A DNA stretch of 64,000 nucleotides from Leptolyngbyaceae cyanobacterium (GCA_965263355.1 CBDHHL010000056.1:1152001-1216000), one strand, 5' to 3'. Shown: positions 52,090 through 63,444, counted from the first letter of the stretch. Notes: generated from the letters alone by a model not told the origin. Translations and numbers: made by a program.

Positions 52090-53247
52090 TTAACAGGCCA
52101 CCGGCATATCCACAGCACTAATACTATTAGCAAGGCTCTGCAAACGGTTTACCCTTTGTAGAACAGCTTGACTCGGCTGTAAATCGAAAGTGGCCAAAAC
52201 ATGTTGCCAGCGATAGACCCAATCATGTTTGAGCAACGCATTAACAACATTGCGACGCCTAATCCGTTCCACCTTATCAGGTTGTGCATTGAGTGATTGA
52301 ATGACCTCAAGCACGTCTTGCTCATAAAGATCTACCTTGATGACAGCATCTTCCCAGTCGAAATAACGGGGAAACATATCACCCTTGGGAGGTAGACCTA
52401 GCAACAAGGTACCCGCACCAACCCCTTCAAAATAACGATAGCCAATTTCTTGGGCTCCGCCAGTTTCGCTCAATGCGTTAAATCTCGCATGGACAGCGAT
52501 ATTGTAGCGGCTTCTCTGTAAAAGATTGACTAATTTAGCACGATGTTCGCGAGGATTACCTACTTCTAACTTGCCATTGTTAATAGTGTCGTAATAATAA
52601 AAGAAATTATCACTGCATTGAGAGCGTTGGTACAATGCCCGATGGGTTTCTTCAAGACGACGCCCAACACAACAAACATCAATCATCCGCTGGGGTGGAT
52701 TTGGATAGGGGCAAAACTGAAGGGCATCAATCGCTGGGGCCAGGTAGTCACAAGGAAGCCCCGTGACTTCTGAGTAGGTCTCAACACCATTGGCCGTCCC
52801 TAGAAAAATATGATCGAAATTCTTAAATGGTTCGTGGGCCAAACGCCAGTCGTTAAAGTTTAGCTTCCACGTTTCCATGATAAAGCAAGCCTTATGCCGA
52901 CATTTATCGCGCCAGTTTTTGACGGATTCTAACAAATGTAGCTGCCAAGGATTGTCGCAAGTAACAAATAACAAATCATATTCATGGTCTAACACGACTT
53001 CAGTTGGGAACGGTGCAATCGCGCTAGCAACATTTTGGGAACCAGTCGCATATTTAGCGAGGCGGTATATGCGTCTAGCTAGGTCAAATTCCTGGGTAGG
53101 CGCATAGAGCTTGACCCTATCTAAATCGCAGATAATATCCTCGAATTCATAAATAGTACAGTTAGCTACTTGAAATCGAAACCCTCGTACAGAGACAACT
53201 AAAATGCGGGGCTCTTTCTCTTTATTTTTAGAGGTATCAATTAACAT
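52090..53247 (-). CDS. Glycosyltransferase (GT-B, CgeB/Glyco_trans_1_2-like)
   Basis: IDVCCVGRR, EIGYRYFEG and HDWVYRW; adjacent to the sugar cluster. Confidence 0.75.
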   Translation of the reverse strand: MLIDTSKNKEKEPRILVVSVRGFRFQVANCTIYEFEDIICDLDRVKLYAPTQEFDLARRIYRLAKYATGSQNVASAIAPFPTEVVLDHEYDLLFVTCDNPWQLHLLESVKNWRDKCRHKACFIMETWKLNFNDWRLAHEPFKNFDHIFLGTANGVETYSEVTGLPCDYLAPAIDALQFCPYPNPPQRMIDVCCVGRRLEETHRALYQRSQCSDNFFYYYDTINNGKLEVGNPREHRAKLVNLLQRSRYNIAVHARFNALSETGGAQEIGYRYFEGVGAGTLLLGLPPKGDMFPRYFDWEDAVIKVDLYEQDVLEVIQSLNAQPDKVERIRRRNVVNALLKHDWVYRWQHVLATFDLQPSQAVLQRVNRLQSLANSISAVDMPVAC

Positions 53248-53529
53248 AGCTATCTAGGTACAGTCAAAAGGGGACAATAACTTGGCTCTATGTATCATCC
53301 CTAAGTAAGAAAACGTTATTTGTTCTGTAGATGTTCCTTACTTGACGTTAGTTCACCTTAACAATGCCCTGATACAGTTAAATAATTTAAGCCGCCCACG
53401 GACTCTCAAGAACTTTTTGACAAACTTATTCTAAGTTCGCCAGATTTTTAACGATTCAATACTGAATCTTTATCCTGAAGTTTCAGATAGTAATAAAACG
53501 TTTCGCTAGTCTGTCGCATCCAGAAGTCT

Positions 53530-54921
53530 CTAGAATTCGACATTGTCTGGTGTGCGGGGAAAGGGAATGACATCGCGAATATTTGCCATGCCGGTCATAA
53601 ACTGTACCAGCCGCTCAAAGCCAAGACCAAATCCGGCATGGGGCACCGTGCCATAGCGGCGTAAATCGAGGTACCACCAGTAATCGTCCTTGGGCAAGCC
53701 AGCCTCAGCAATGCGTTTTTCCAGGACATCCAAACGCTCTTCCCGCTGAGAACCGCCAATAATCTCCCCAATGCGGGGGGCCAGGACATCCATAGCTGCC
53801 ACTGTCTTGCCACCTTCGTTTAGCCGCATGTAGAATGCTTTAATTGCTGTGGGATAGTCGGTGACAATAACTGGCTTCTTAAAATAGTCTTCCGCCAAAT
53901 AGCGTTCATGCTCAGACTGCATGTCCAAGCCCCAGGACACTGGGTACTCAAATTTCTGATCACATTGCTCTAACAGTTTAATGGCATCGGTGTAAGTAAT
54001 CCGCTCAAATTCATTGTTAATAATGTTATCAGCGGTTTCTAAAACTGTTTTGTCAATACGCTTATTAAAGAATTCCATATCGTCGGGACAGTCTTCTAAC
54101 ACCCGCTGAAAAACAAATTTAAGAAATTCCTCTGCTAGGTCCATATTGCCTTCGAGGTCGCAAAACGCCATTTCCGGCTCCATCATCCAAAATTCGGCCA
54201 GGTGGCGCGAGGTATTGGAATTTTCAGCCCGGAATGTGGGGCCAAAGGTGTAAACATTGGTAAATGCCATGGCCATGATCTCAGCTTCCAGCTGACCACT
54301 CACCGTCAAGTACGTGGGCTTACCAAAAAAGTCCTGGCCATAGTCCACTTTGCCGTCATCATTTTTGGGTAGCTTGTCCAGATTCATGCTGGTGACGGTA
54401 AACAGTTCACCTGCCCCTTCACAGTCACTGGCGGTGAGGATGGGGGTATGGATCCATAGAAAATCGCGGCTTTGGAAAAACTCGTGAATGGCGCTGGAAC
54501 AAGCGTTACGCACCCGAAACACAGCACCGAGGGTATTGGTACGCGATCGCAAATGCCCCAATTCCCTTAAAAACTCAAACGAATGCCGTTTTTTCTGCAG
54601 TGGATAGGTCTCCGCATCGGACTCACCAACCACCTCTAGACTATTGGCCTGTAGCTCCACCCGCTGTCCTTTCCCTGGCGACTCCGCCAATGTGCCAGTG
54701 ACCATCACTGATGCCCCTGTGGTAATCCGCTTCATGGCATCGTCATAGCCATCCAGTTTGGCATCGGCAATTACCTGTAGCCCCGTCATTGACGAGCCAT
54801 CATTAACATCCAAGAAACTAAACGCCTTAGAATCGCGTTTCGTCCGGACCCAACCCTGAATAGTGACAACATCACCAGGGTTACCAGATTTCAGGATGTG
54901 CTTAATACGCTGGATGGTCAT
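53530..54921 (-). CDS. asnS: Asparagine--tRNA ligase
   Basis: [41 protein letters not shown] and GFGLGFER motifs. Confidence 0.98.
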   Translation of the reverse strand: MTIQRIKHILKSGNPGDVVTIQGWVRTKRDSKAFSFLDVNDGSSMTGLQVIADAKLDGYDDAMKRITTGASVMVTGTLAESPGKGQRVELQANSLEVVGESDAETYPLQKKRHSFEFLRELGHLRSRTNTLGAVFRVRNACSSAIHEFFQSRDFLWIHTPILTASDCEGAGELFTVTSMNLDKLPKNDDGKVDYGQDFFGKPTYLTVSGQLEAEIMAMAFTNVYTFGPTFRAENSNTSRHLAEFWMMEPEMAFCDLEGNMDLAEEFLKFVFQRVLEDCPDDMEFFNKRIDKTVLETADNIINNEFERITYTDAIKLLEQCDQKFEYPVSWGLDMQSEHERYLAEDYFKKPVIVTDYPTAIKAFYMRLNEGGKTVAAMDVLAPRIGEIIGGSQREERLDVLEKRIAEAGLPKDDYWWYLDLRRYGTVPHAGFGLGFERLVQFMTGMANIRDVIPFPRTPDNVEF

Positions 54922-55025
54922 TGGCTGCCTACAATTTTGACTCTATATAAGGTAGCGCAGGCCAGGTATTTTTCAGGCATTTAGACATGGCATAATTTTT
55001 GCCATAGGGATTGGCATGTTAACCC

Positions 55026-55364
55026 CTATGGCGAACCAAACCATCCCCGAAAAAACCACCCCAGCACCAGTCCCAGTCCCACAAACCTTAGCACCTGCCA
55101 GAACGGTTCTTTGAGGTTATTCCAGGACAGCAACTGGCTTTCCAAGGTGTCCTCCAGATTTTCAAGTTGCTTTTGTAGCCGCTTTAATTCAGCCTTAGGC
55201 AGATGACCCTGGGTGATTTTCACCTGAGCCTCAGTCCACTGGGAAAATGCTTCTCGCACCTCACCATAGCGTTGACGCAGGGCATCAAAATCCTTGCTCG
55301 TCTCCTCCAGTGCCGTGGCAAAATCCGCCAGGTCTTGCTCAGTTAGGGGCAGCGACGATTTCAT
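55026..55364 (-). CDS. Hypothetical coiled-coil protein with C-terminal membrane anchor
   Basis: Heptad-rich helix, then FWQVLRFVGLGLVLGWFF. Confidence 0.75.
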   Translation of the reverse strand: MKSSLPLTEQDLADFATALEETSKDFDALRQRYGEVREAFSQWTEAQVKITQGHLPKAELKRLQKQLENLEDTLESQLLSWNNLKEPFWQVLRFVGLGLVLGWFFRGWFGSP

Positions 55365-55497
55365 AACCTGGGCCTCATGCAGTAGATATAGACTAAAAGT
55401 ACAGTAGAGGATCTAAGGAATACCCTATTAGTAGATTCCTTACCCCACATCTATAGGTTGGGCATTGCCCACCGTTCTAGATTTCGAACTATCAACC

Positions 55498-55794
55498 ATG
55501 AACGAATCCACAGTAGCGTCATCTAATAATAATGAGGCGTTGAATCTGCAAGACACCGAACCAATGGCCCTGGCCCAAGCCTTGGCTAAGCAGCTAGCCA
55601 TTGGCCCCATGGACTGGCATCGACTCAATTCCAACCGTCAGGTGCGGGCCAAAGAACAGGTGGCGGCGGCTCTAGTCTATTTGCTTAACGATAATCCAGA
55701 CGAAGCCCTACCCCGTTTAGAACAGGCTATCGGTTGGCTCAACCGCAGTATCAAAGCTCCCCCCTGTCCTACCCATGGGAAAAATCAACATTAG
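55498..55794 (+). CDS. Conserved cyanobacterial protein (DUF6439-like)
   Basis: DWHRLNSNR..RAKEQ and GWL.RSIKAPPCPTHG, recognised from memory. Confidence 0.7.
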   Translation: MNESTVASSNNNEALNLQDTEPMALAQALAKQLAIGPMDWHRLNSNRQVRAKEQVAAALVYLLNDNPDEALPRLEQAIGWLNRSIKAPPCPTHGKNQH

Positions 55795-55799
55795 CAACA

Positions 55800-56591
55800 T
55801 TAGTGATCAGAGACTTCATAGGTCAGCGTTACAGGCACACCCACCTGGGTTGCCAATACCTGTGCTGCACTATCGCCATTAATGGCCAGTTCCACATAGC
55901 CATGGCTGCCGATCAGTGCTAATGCTGTACCGGGTTCAGTGTATCCATAGCTGCTGTAGCAGGACAAACAATAGCCACCAAGGGTCACCTGCCAGGGTTG
56001 GGAGAGCAGATTTTGCCCTGGAATATTGGTAATCAAATTGCCAAAGTGATCAATATATTGAACGCTGCCTTTATAACCTGTGGAGGTTGCGATCGCGTCC
56101 TCTAAATCTAGACACACCAAATCAGCAACTGATATTGATGACCCTAGCTTTTCCAATGGCAAACCATTCGCTAAATGGGCAGCCACAGGCGCAAAAATAT
56201 CACGACCATGAAATGTATTGCTGGGCCAAGGGGTACGCCAATAGTCAGACTCGGTTAGTTCCACAGCTGCCGTAATAGAAAAGCCTGTAAGGATGCCATT
56301 ATCTGGGGCAACGATTATTTGGAGTCCAGTCGGGGTGTTAACTTGGGCTGCGATCGCAGCTCGCTGAGTCCCCACACCTGGATCCACAACGACAACATGA
56401 ACCGTGCCCCCAGGAAAATAGTCATAGCTAGTTAGCAAATTAAACCGAGCCGCCAAGATTGCCTGAGGTTGAATATCATGGGTCAGATCCACCACCTGAC
56501 TCTGAGAGCTGATACTAGCAATCACCCCCTTCATCACACCGACATAACTATCTTTGTGACCAAAGTCCGTCAACAGTGTGATCAGGCCCAT
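55800..56591 (-). CDS. SAM hydroxide adenosyltransferase (DUF62, chlorinase/fluorinase superfamily)
   Basis: ITLLTDFG, VVDPGVGTQR, APDNG, TFHGRDIFAP and IDHFGNLITN motifs. Confidence 0.9.
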   Translation of the reverse strand: MGLITLLTDFGHKDSYVGVMKGVIASISSQSQVVDLTHDIQPQAILAARFNLLTSYDYFPGGTVHVVVVDPGVGTQRAAIAAQVNTPTGLQIIVAPDNGILTGFSITAAVELTESDYWRTPWPSNTFHGRDIFAPVAAHLANGLPLEKLGSSISVADLVCLDLEDAIATSTGYKGSVQYIDHFGNLITNIPGQNLLSQPWQVTLGGYCLSCYSSYGYTEPGTALALIGSHGYVELAINGDSAAQVLATQVGVPVTLTYEVSDH

Positions 56592-56627
56592 AGGGTTCTA
56601 ACCTTCTAAAGTGATACGTTTTCACCA

Positions 56628-57041
56628 ATGAGTAATTCCTTATCACACTGTGTCGATGTCTTAGCGCTCAATGCCATTGAGCGTCACATCTTTATATGTG
56701 CAGACCAAACAAAACCAAAATGCTGTGACAAGGCCGCCAGTATTGATGCGTGGAGTTACCTCAAAAAAAGATTGAAAGAATTACAGCTGGATATGCCAAC
56801 TGAGCAGCGTCCTAGCTGTATCTTTCGAACTAAGGCAAATTGCCTACGTGTTTGCCAGCAGGGGCCTATCCTAGTAGTTTATCCCGACGGTGTTTGGTAC
56901 CACAGTGCCACTCCCGAGGTGATAGAACGCATTATTCAAGAGCATTTAATCAATAACCAGGTGGTAGAAGCCTATGCTTTCCTGAAAAACCCACTACCTG
57001 ATGAAAATAAGTACCGGGCAATCCGTGATTCTATCGATTGA
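56628..57041 (+). CDS. Thioredoxin-like [2Fe-2S] ferredoxin
   Basis: [14 protein letters not shown] and [12 protein letters not shown]...VYPDGVWY motifs. Confidence 0.9.
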   Translation: MSNSLSHCVDVLALNAIERHIFICADQTKPKCCDKAASIDAWSYLKKRLKELQLDMPTEQRPSCIFRTKANCLRVCQQGPILVVYPDGVWYHSATPEVIERIIQEHLINNQVVEAYAFLKNPLPDENKYRAIRDSID

Positions 57042-57350
57042 TTGGGAACAATTGATTTGAACTACAGGGTCAAGCAGTTGATATGGAAGCCGTTGCTGTA
57101 TTTCAGCTAATACTTAGCAAAGTTTTAATAATGCACAACCTTGCTATAAATTTAACTGGGCTTAATAAAATAACCCTGATTGACTATAGTCCGTACAGTA
57201 TCATCAACAGAGGTGTATACAAGCAAATAACTGGGCTTTGGCCACTTAAGCTCTGCCAAACCAGGACATACCTGGTGACTGCCTAATTCTTTTTGAACTT
57301 ATTCCTTCAAATTTTATCCTCACATACATCGAGTAACACGAGTACACGGC

Positions 57351-57998
57351 ATGAAAGAAACTACAAATGGCGATCAAAAGAAACTCTTACTAATCGATGA
57401 TGATCCTAATCTCATTCTGCTAGTGAGAGATTATTTAGAGTTTCGCGGCTATCAAGTGGTTACGGCAGGCAATGGCCGCGAGGCCCTTGATACCCTAGGT
57501 AACTTGGTGCCTGACATGATCATCTGCGATGTGATGATGCCTGAAATGGATGGCTATGCCTTTGTCGAGCAAGTTCGTCAAGATCCAGGCAAAAGCTGGA
57601 TTCCCATCCTTTTCTTATCGGCCAAGGGGCAAAGTCAGGACCGAGTTAAAGGTCTGACCACCGGGGCAGATGTCTATATGGTAAAGCCATTTGAGCCAGA
57701 AGAGCTAGTGGCCCAGGTAGAGTCATCCCTCAAGCAAGCCTCCCGTTTAATCCATCATCAGACCAAATCGGGCGGTGGTGCGCCGACCATTCAAGTCCCA
57801 TTCGACGTAGAGCTAACGCCCACAGAGCTAAAAGTAGTTCAGTTTGTAGCCCGTGGTATGGCTAACCGCGAAATTGCCGAAGAGCTTAAGGTCAGTCAGC
57901 GGACCATTGAAAGCCATGTTAGTAACATGCTTGGTAAAACGGGCCTCCACAACCGCACTGAGCTAGCCCGATGGGCCATGGAGAATAATAAGGCCTAG
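57351..57998 (+). CDS. rre1: NarL-family response regulator, cyanobacterial Rre1/Ycf29 type
   Basis: IDDDPNLILLV, CDVMMP, FLSAKG, KPFEPEEL and LTPTELKVVQFVARGMANREIA motifs. Confidence 0.8.
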   Translation: MKETTNGDQKKLLLIDDDPNLILLVRDYLEFRGYQVVTAGNGREALDTLGNLVPDMIICDVMMPEMDGYAFVEQVRQDPGKSWIPILFLSAKGQSQDRVKGLTTGADVYMVKPFEPEELVAQVESSLKQASRLIHHQTKSGGGAPTIQVPFDVELTPTELKVVQFVARGMANREIAEELKVSQRTIESHVSNMLGKTGLHNRTELARWAMENNKA

Positions 57999-58014
57999 GC
58001 CTTATAGAACCGCA

Positions 58015-58052
58015 AGACAGGATAGGTTATTTGCCGTGGACCTATCCTGTCT
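58015..58052 (+). terminator. Stem-loop after rre1
   Basis: agacaggataggt ... acctatcctgtct, a 13-bp stem. Confidence 0.55.
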
Positions 58053-58103
58053 AAGTAATCAAATTTAGCTTAGATAAGTTTTTACTTAAGTGCAAAACTT
58101 CGC

Positions 58104-58109
58104 TATAAT
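58104..58109 (+). promoter_or_regulatory. -10 box of the tRNA promoter
   Basis: Perfect TATAAT just upstream of the tRNA 5' end. Confidence 0.55.
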
Positions 58110-58120
58110 GCTAAGGCTTC

Positions 58121-58193
58121 GCTGGTGTAGCTCAGTTGGTAGAGCAGCTGATTTGTAATCAGCCGGTCGTCCGTTCGAGTCGGATCACCAGCT
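58121..58193 (+). tRNA. trnT: tRNA-Thr(UGU)
   Basis: Acceptor stem gctggtg/caccagc, D-arm gctcagttggtagagc, anticodon stem gctga/tcagc with loop tt-TGT-aa, T-loop gttcgag; no encoded CCA. Confidence 0.96.
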
Positions 58194-58328
58194 TTTTAAT
58201 GAAAACCTTTCGTGTTAAGGGTTTTAGTCTTCTATATTTTAGACGTCTCTAGAATTTTTAGGTATATTTTTGCTTGATTTTCGACATAAACTAAGCGCTA
58301 AAAGCTTTTCATATCAAAGGTTTTAGGG

Positions 58329-58364
58329 GAATTAGTACAGGAATTAGCACAGAAATTAGTACAG
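58329..58364 (+). repeat. Three tandem 12-bp repeats downstream of the tRNA (candidate integrase arm-type sites)
   Basis: gaattagtacag gaattagcacag aaattagtacag. Confidence 0.7.
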
Positions 58365-58653
58365 GCGTAAATCTTCTAAAGGGGGTTAGCCATTATTTTC
58401 AATGAAAATAAGCATTGCTTGACCGACTGACTTAGGATCAGCCGGTCAAGCAATCTGCTAGCGCAGCCAATTCTGCCTCACCTCAGAAAAGTTCAGTAGC
58501 CATCGCACCACACCTGAGAGTCCGTGATGTTCTAAGTGCTCGCGATTCTAAAGAATTAGGTCCAATTAATGATTGGCTTGGCCTTAATGTCTGGAAGTAA
58601 CAGTCCGCTTAGTCTGAACACGAGATATATCAAGGTCTATTTTCTGCTAATGC

Positions 58654-61600
58654 CTACCAAGGGCTGCCAACTAAAGTAAACCCAGACCAGTAAAAAGGGT
58701 GAGATAGATTCGGAACGGTTTCCTCTCGGTGAAAAACTGCCTGAATACTATCGGGTAGAGGAACATCACCATCAGACCAATAAAGGGTATCAGCCTCAAT
58801 AAAGACCTTACCGTTCAGCATAGCAACTTGAGCTTCCTGTAGGGCTTCGGCCTTGATAGGAACTTCAATAGACTGTAACTGAGTGTAAAACTCAATCATC
58901 AGTGCAGCAGTACCTACGTCTGACACATTCCATAAGCTAGCCAGAGTTGACTTGACACCTGCTTGACTTGCAAATCCAGCAAATCCGAGTTCAGCTTCGT
59001 AGCTGTCACTAGCAGTTTCACAGGCACTCAGTATGAGTAATTCCAAAACTGGATCATGCCACCCCATTTTACGCACTTCAGACAATCGTAGTTTTCGATC
59101 CCATAGTTGGATGTAAGACTTGTCCGGACTGCTACGATTAAACCGAGCATGGGTTGCTAGATGAACAATACCAGTGGGGTCTACATTTCTAGAGTTGCGG
59201 ATGTTGTTTGTGGTGGCAGCCTCTTCCAAAAGAGGCGTGCTATTGCCAAACCAATTATTGATGACACTATCAATCTCAAAAGGAACTGCTGGCAAATTAT
59301 CTAAGTTTTGATCTGGGAAATTGGACATCCCTGCAGGCAGGACAAGAGAATCTTGAATATTCTGATAGCGTGTATCAGTCAAGTTGAGACTAGGCATTAA
59401 CCCCAGACTGTAGTTTTCAATTAGAAATTTCTCGCCATTATGCAAGGCTGCCAGAGGGGTAGCCCGTAACCCCTGATCCATAATAAAAACCAAATTATTG
59501 ATATCATTCCGTTTTAAGTCCTGAACTAGAGGATTAATGAGCCATCCATAGAGTTGCTGGGAAGGGAGAAGATAGTTCTGACTTTGCTCAAAGATAGCCT
59601 CACGGAAGCTACTGGCAGTCTCAGTAACTTCTAAACAAGTGGCACTGGGCACATGCTTGGAAATAACTTCTTCCTTACTGGTGATTACGACCAGAAATAG
59701 CTGATCATCTTCTCGTCCTTTGCAGCCTTCTTGCCTTTGCAGTTGTGCTAACAGAGTCGATAATGAATCTTCACTCTTGAATGTCCAGAGAGTTTCATGG
59801 GAATAAGCTGATTGAGGCTCTGCTTCATCTTCACGAATGTCCTCAATTCGTGCCTGTTCAGAGATAATTTTATCACTGGGAGCAAAGAACGCATATATAA
59901 TAGCAGGCTTGGCCCCCGTAGTATCTTCAATTCGTCGAATGGTATTTTGAGCATCGATAACAGTAGACTCATTTTCACCATTGTCCCCAGAAACATCAGG
60001 TGATAAAGAAGCTTGATAATAGTTTTCATACTGTTGCTGAAAACTATCTTCGACGCCTCTAAGAACAGATTCAATAACATCAGTGTTGTCGTATGTCACG
60101 GTAACAAATGCTGGCTCAGTAGCAGGGTCTAAGCCAATAAAGATATCAGTACTATCATTAATGCTAGTAAGGTCGTCAATAACGTTATCAATAATGGGCT
60201 CTTGCTGGGAGTCAGTAATAATTTGAATATCGCCCTGAGTAAAGGTGTCGAAGAAAGCTTGGGTAGGTAATATAGTGTCGTTGTCAGTTGTGATGGCGAA
60301 TTGGGTTCCATTGAGGCTAGCATCACCAACAGTAAAAGGAACAAATCCGCTTCCACCGTGACGAATAGTGATTGAGCCATTTCCTGATATCCCTGCTGTT
60401 GAGATACTGGCGTCAACGTTGTTGAAATCTGTAAAGCTTCCGCTGGCACGAAAGAATCTTCCAGTTGTAATATCAACCGTTCCACCGATTCCATTGGGAG
60501 CAGTCGTATTGATGCTGGCTATCTGAATATCGCCAATAGGGTCGAGAAACACATCACCTGCATCGCCTATAAGACTACTGGTATTGATGCTATTCACTTG
60601 AATTTCGGTCAATGCCTCAACAGTGACTGAGCCACCATTACCTAATGTGTTTTGTGTACCAATATCTTCTGTAAAAACTCCACCATTTTCAGACTGCAGT
60701 AAGACGTCACCCGAATTAGTTTGGCCACTCGTAGAAATTGTTTCTGTAAAAATTGAGCTAGCCGCATTGATCCTAATGTCTTGACCTTCAGTAGTAATGT
60801 TTCCAGTTTGAACATTACCTGCGGTACTGTTGAGTGCCAGAGGGACATCAAATGCAATGTCACCTAAAACAATATCTTGGCTAGCTGATAAAGAAAAAAT
60901 ATTGCTGGTATTAATTTCCCCTAAAACAGAAAAAAGTGCATTGGATTGAGGTGCTGTTGCGGTTACAAATATTGAGCCAGATCCTGATGCATCAATTTGA
61001 CTATTGTTACCTAAAAGAAAACTTGTGGAATTAGTATCACTTATAGCTGTAGTATCTATTAAAATATTTGCCGTTCCAGTCGATTCAACAACTGTGCCAT
61101 TGCCAACAATTTGAACACCATTATTGTTATTACTAGAGGCATTTCCACCAGTACCTATGATTGATAAATCTCCATCTTGGACACGAAAAATAGTAGCATC
61201 TGACTCAATATTAACTCCGTGATTATTTTCAGTCCCATTTCCCCCTATACCTATGAGAGTAAGAGAACCACTGCCTGCTGTTTCAAGATTTACACCAAGA
61301 TCGGCCCCAGTAATCCTAATCCCATCATTAAAATTACTGCCTCCATCACCACCTGTTCCTTCAATAAGTAAATCACCACCATCTGTTCCAATTCTGATAG
61401 GAGCACCATTATTAAGTATCGTAACCCCGGAGTTCAGACTACTGTTGAGGTTATTGCCAAATCCTCTGAGGGTTAAATTGCCACCATTAATAGTTTCAAC
61501 CGTTGCACCATCGCTAATTATAATTCCTTCGCCAGCATCAGCATTACCGATGCCACCTCCATTGCCTTCAACCAATAGTCCACCTGAGCCTGCTCGCACA

Positions 61601-63444
61601 GTTGACTGTATAATCTGAACACCTCGACTCTGGTTTGTTGAACTGTCACCACCTGTACCAATAATAGTCAGAGCACCATTACTCGTATCTAATAAACTGT
61701 TACTAATAAGTACACCTTTGTTATCTACATCAGAACCTCCTTGACCTGAGAGAGTTAAATTTCCACCTTGGGTATTAATAGAATTATTGATAACATTCAC
61801 GGCTCCTGCATCTATACTGTCAAAATTAGCTGTTAGGGTAACGTCTCCCCCTGCTGTAGTGATATTTGCATCTACATTGATGTCATTATTGGCGTTCGCG
61901 GTTAGTCCTACCCCTGGTGTAGCTATATTGACATCTGCATTGAATGTGATGTTGTTGGTTGCTTGGAGAACTATATCTGACGATGCTGCATTTAAAAAAC
62001 TGGCATCAATTGTGGTTGCTGCACCGGGGCCTAGATCGGTATCAAAGAAAAACTCATCCACATCGTCTAAACCTGTGGCCGATCCTCCAGCTGCAACAAT
62101 CGTAATATCAGTTGGATCTAACAGCAGTAACCCCACCTGACCATTCGCCGCCGCCGCATCGACTTGTCCGTGAAAATCTAGAAACTCTAAACCAGAAACT
62201 TCAACAAAACCTCCATCACCTCCCTGAGCCCCTCCTTGAACGCTAATATAGCCATCAAACTTAGTAGCCTCATCTGCCCAAACAATGACTTGGCCTCCGA
62301 CTCCTTCTACTAGAGCATTTGCCGCAATACTGGAGTCTGCACTGATAAATGTTCGGTTTGCATTGGGAATATTCTCTTGCCCCTGGTAACCTCCTCCAAC
62401 GCGAACCATCCCGCCTCCATTCGTACCAGACGCATCAAGATTTGCTCTAACAAGTCCCACGCGATCTCCTAAAGCTGTAATTACTCCTCCAGTCTCTCCG
62501 ACCGTTGTAATATCTCCTGACATCAAAGTTGTTTCAGGAATTATCGAGACTGCACTGTCAGCAGTTGTAAGCTGAACCGTCCCATCTGAGTTAATCATTA
62601 GGCTGGAAGCATGATTAACGCTGCCACCAGTCAAAGCATCTGGTAAAGACAGGGGATCAAAGGGGATTGTAGAGCCTGATTCTAGTACTGGTAGTTCATC
62701 TATCGTTGCAAGATCCAGGTTAATAAAATTACCCTCTTGGCTGATGCGAACCAATTGCTCACCTGGGACTGAAGCGATTGTGATTATGCCATCCTCAGTT
62801 GAGAGGCTGCCCGTATTGATAATAGTTCCTCCAATGATAGTCAATTGCTGCTCCGCAGTGAGGTCTAAATTTCCTTCATTGATAATGGCTCCAGGGTTCC
62901 TAGCGGTGAAGACAAATGTGCTAGGAGTTCCCAATAGAGAAGCATAGTTATTGTTATCAAATAGATTTACATAATTCTCTCCAAATCCAATTTGGTCTGC
63001 TGTTGTAACAGTAAGTCCACCGCCTATGTTCAAGACAGCATTTTGCCCAAAGAATATCCCGGCTGGATTTACGAGGAAGAGATTGGCATCTCCCCCTGTC
63101 ACTTGAATCAGGCCATCAATGGATGAGATGTTTTCATCATTAATGAGAGTTAGGATATTATTCAGTTCCGGCGTGACAAGAAAATCAGCAACTTCATCCA
63201 CAGGCACGTTGAACTGCTCAAATTCATGAAATAAATTATTCCCATCGTTGGAGTGACGACCGCCCGTAATTCTGTGGTGATTGCCTTCGGTAGTGACAAC
63301 AGAGCTGGTTCCACCCTCGTTAGGAACAATCGGGTTAGCAAAGGTGCTTGTAGCGATGGAACAATCTACCAACAGTGCGGTGATTGTAAGTGCTGGCAGT
63401 AAGCTGAGCGTAAGCCAATTAGTCTCTACTTTAAAGATGCCCAT
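58654..63444 (-). CDS. Filamentous-haemagglutinin (TPS) N-domain + beta-helix + C-terminal CHAT protease fusion
   Basis: Signal peptide, NLFHEFEQFN, NLFLVNPAGIFFG, GGFVEVSG, LLLDP and G-G-x-G repeats; VHLATHA, LSACETA and HPFYWSGFTLVGSPW. Confidence 0.92.
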   Translation of the reverse strand: MGIFKVETNWLTLSLLPALTITALLVDCSIATSTFANPIVPNEGGTSSVVTTEGNHHRITGGRHSNDGNNLFHEFEQFNVPVDEVADFLVTPELNNILTLINDENISSIDGLIQVTGGDANLFLVNPAGIFFGQNAVLNIGGGLTVTTADQIGFGENYVNLFDNNNYASLLGTPSTFVFTARNPGAIINEGNLDLTAEQQLTIIGGTIINTGSLSTEDGIITIASVPGEQLVRISQEGNFINLDLATIDELPVLESGSTIPFDPLSLPDALTGGSVNHASSLMINSDGTVQLTTADSAVSIIPETTLMSGDITTVGETGGVITALGDRVGLVRANLDASGTNGGGMVRVGGGYQGQENIPNANRTFISADSSIAANALVEGVGGQVIVWADEATKFDGYISVQGGAQGGDGGFVEVSGLEFLDFHGQVDAAAANGQVGLLLLDPTDITIVAAGGSATGLDDVDEFFFDTDLGPGAATTIDASFLNAASSDIVLQATNNITFNADVNIATPGVGLTANANNDINVDANITTAGGDVTLTANFDSIDAGAVNVINNSINTQGGNLTLSGQGGSDVDNKGVLISNSLLDTSNGALTIIGTGGDSSTNQSRGVQIIQSTVRAGSGGLLVEGNGGGIGNADAGEGIIISDGATVETINGGNLTLRGFGNNLNSSLNSGVTILNNGAPIRIGTDGGDLLIEGTGGDGGSNFNDGIRITGADLGVNLETAGSGSLTLIGIGGNGTENNHGVNIESDATIFRVQDGDLSIIGTGGNASSNNNNGVQIVGNGTVVESTGTANILIDTTAISDTNSTSFLLGNNSQIDASGSGSIFVTATAPQSNALFSVLGEINTSNIFSLSASQDIVLGDIAFDVPLALNSTAGNVQTGNITTEGQDIRINAASSIFTETISTSGQTNSGDVLLQSENGGVFTEDIGTQNTLGNGGSVTVEALTEIQVNSINTSSLIGDAGDVFLDPIGDIQIASINTTAPNGIGGTVDITTGRFFRASGSFTDFNNVDASISTAGISGNGSITIRHGGSGFVPFTVGDASLNGTQFAITTDNDTILPTQAFFDTFTQGDIQIITDSQQEPIIDNVIDDLTSINDSTDIFIGLDPATEPAFVTVTYDNTDVIESVLRGVEDSFQQQYENYYQASLSPDVSGDNGENESTVIDAQNTIRRIEDTTGAKPAIIYAFFAPSDKIISEQARIEDIREDEAEPQSAYSHETLWTFKSEDSLSTLLAQLQRQEGCKGREDDQLFLVVITSKEEVISKHVPSATCLEVTETASSFREAIFEQSQNYLLPSQQLYGWLINPLVQDLKRNDINNLVFIMDQGLRATPLAALHNGEKFLIENYSLGLMPSLNLTDTRYQNIQDSLVLPAGMSNFPDQNLDNLPAVPFEIDSVINNWFGNSTPLLEEAATTNNIRNSRNVDPTGIVHLATHARFNRSSPDKSYIQLWDRKLRLSEVRKMGWHDPVLELLILSACETASDSYEAELGFAGFASQAGVKSTLASLWNVSDVGTAALMIEFYTQLQSIEVPIKAEALQEAQVAMLNGKVFIEADTLYWSDGDVPLPDSIQAVFHREETVPNLSHPFYWSGFTLVGSPW

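Noticed and set aside
55800..56591. Possible fluorinase/chlorinase
   Set aside because: It has the Asp-Arg-His pattern (VVDPGVGTQR, TFHGRD) of SAM hydroxide adenosyltransferases rather than the TFY(S/G)R motif of the halogenases
61200..62200. Gly/Asn-rich repeats as an RTX toxin or DNA repeat array
   Set aside because: They are protein-level beta-helix repeats of the TpsA passenger, without GGxGxDxL nonamers or DNA-level identity
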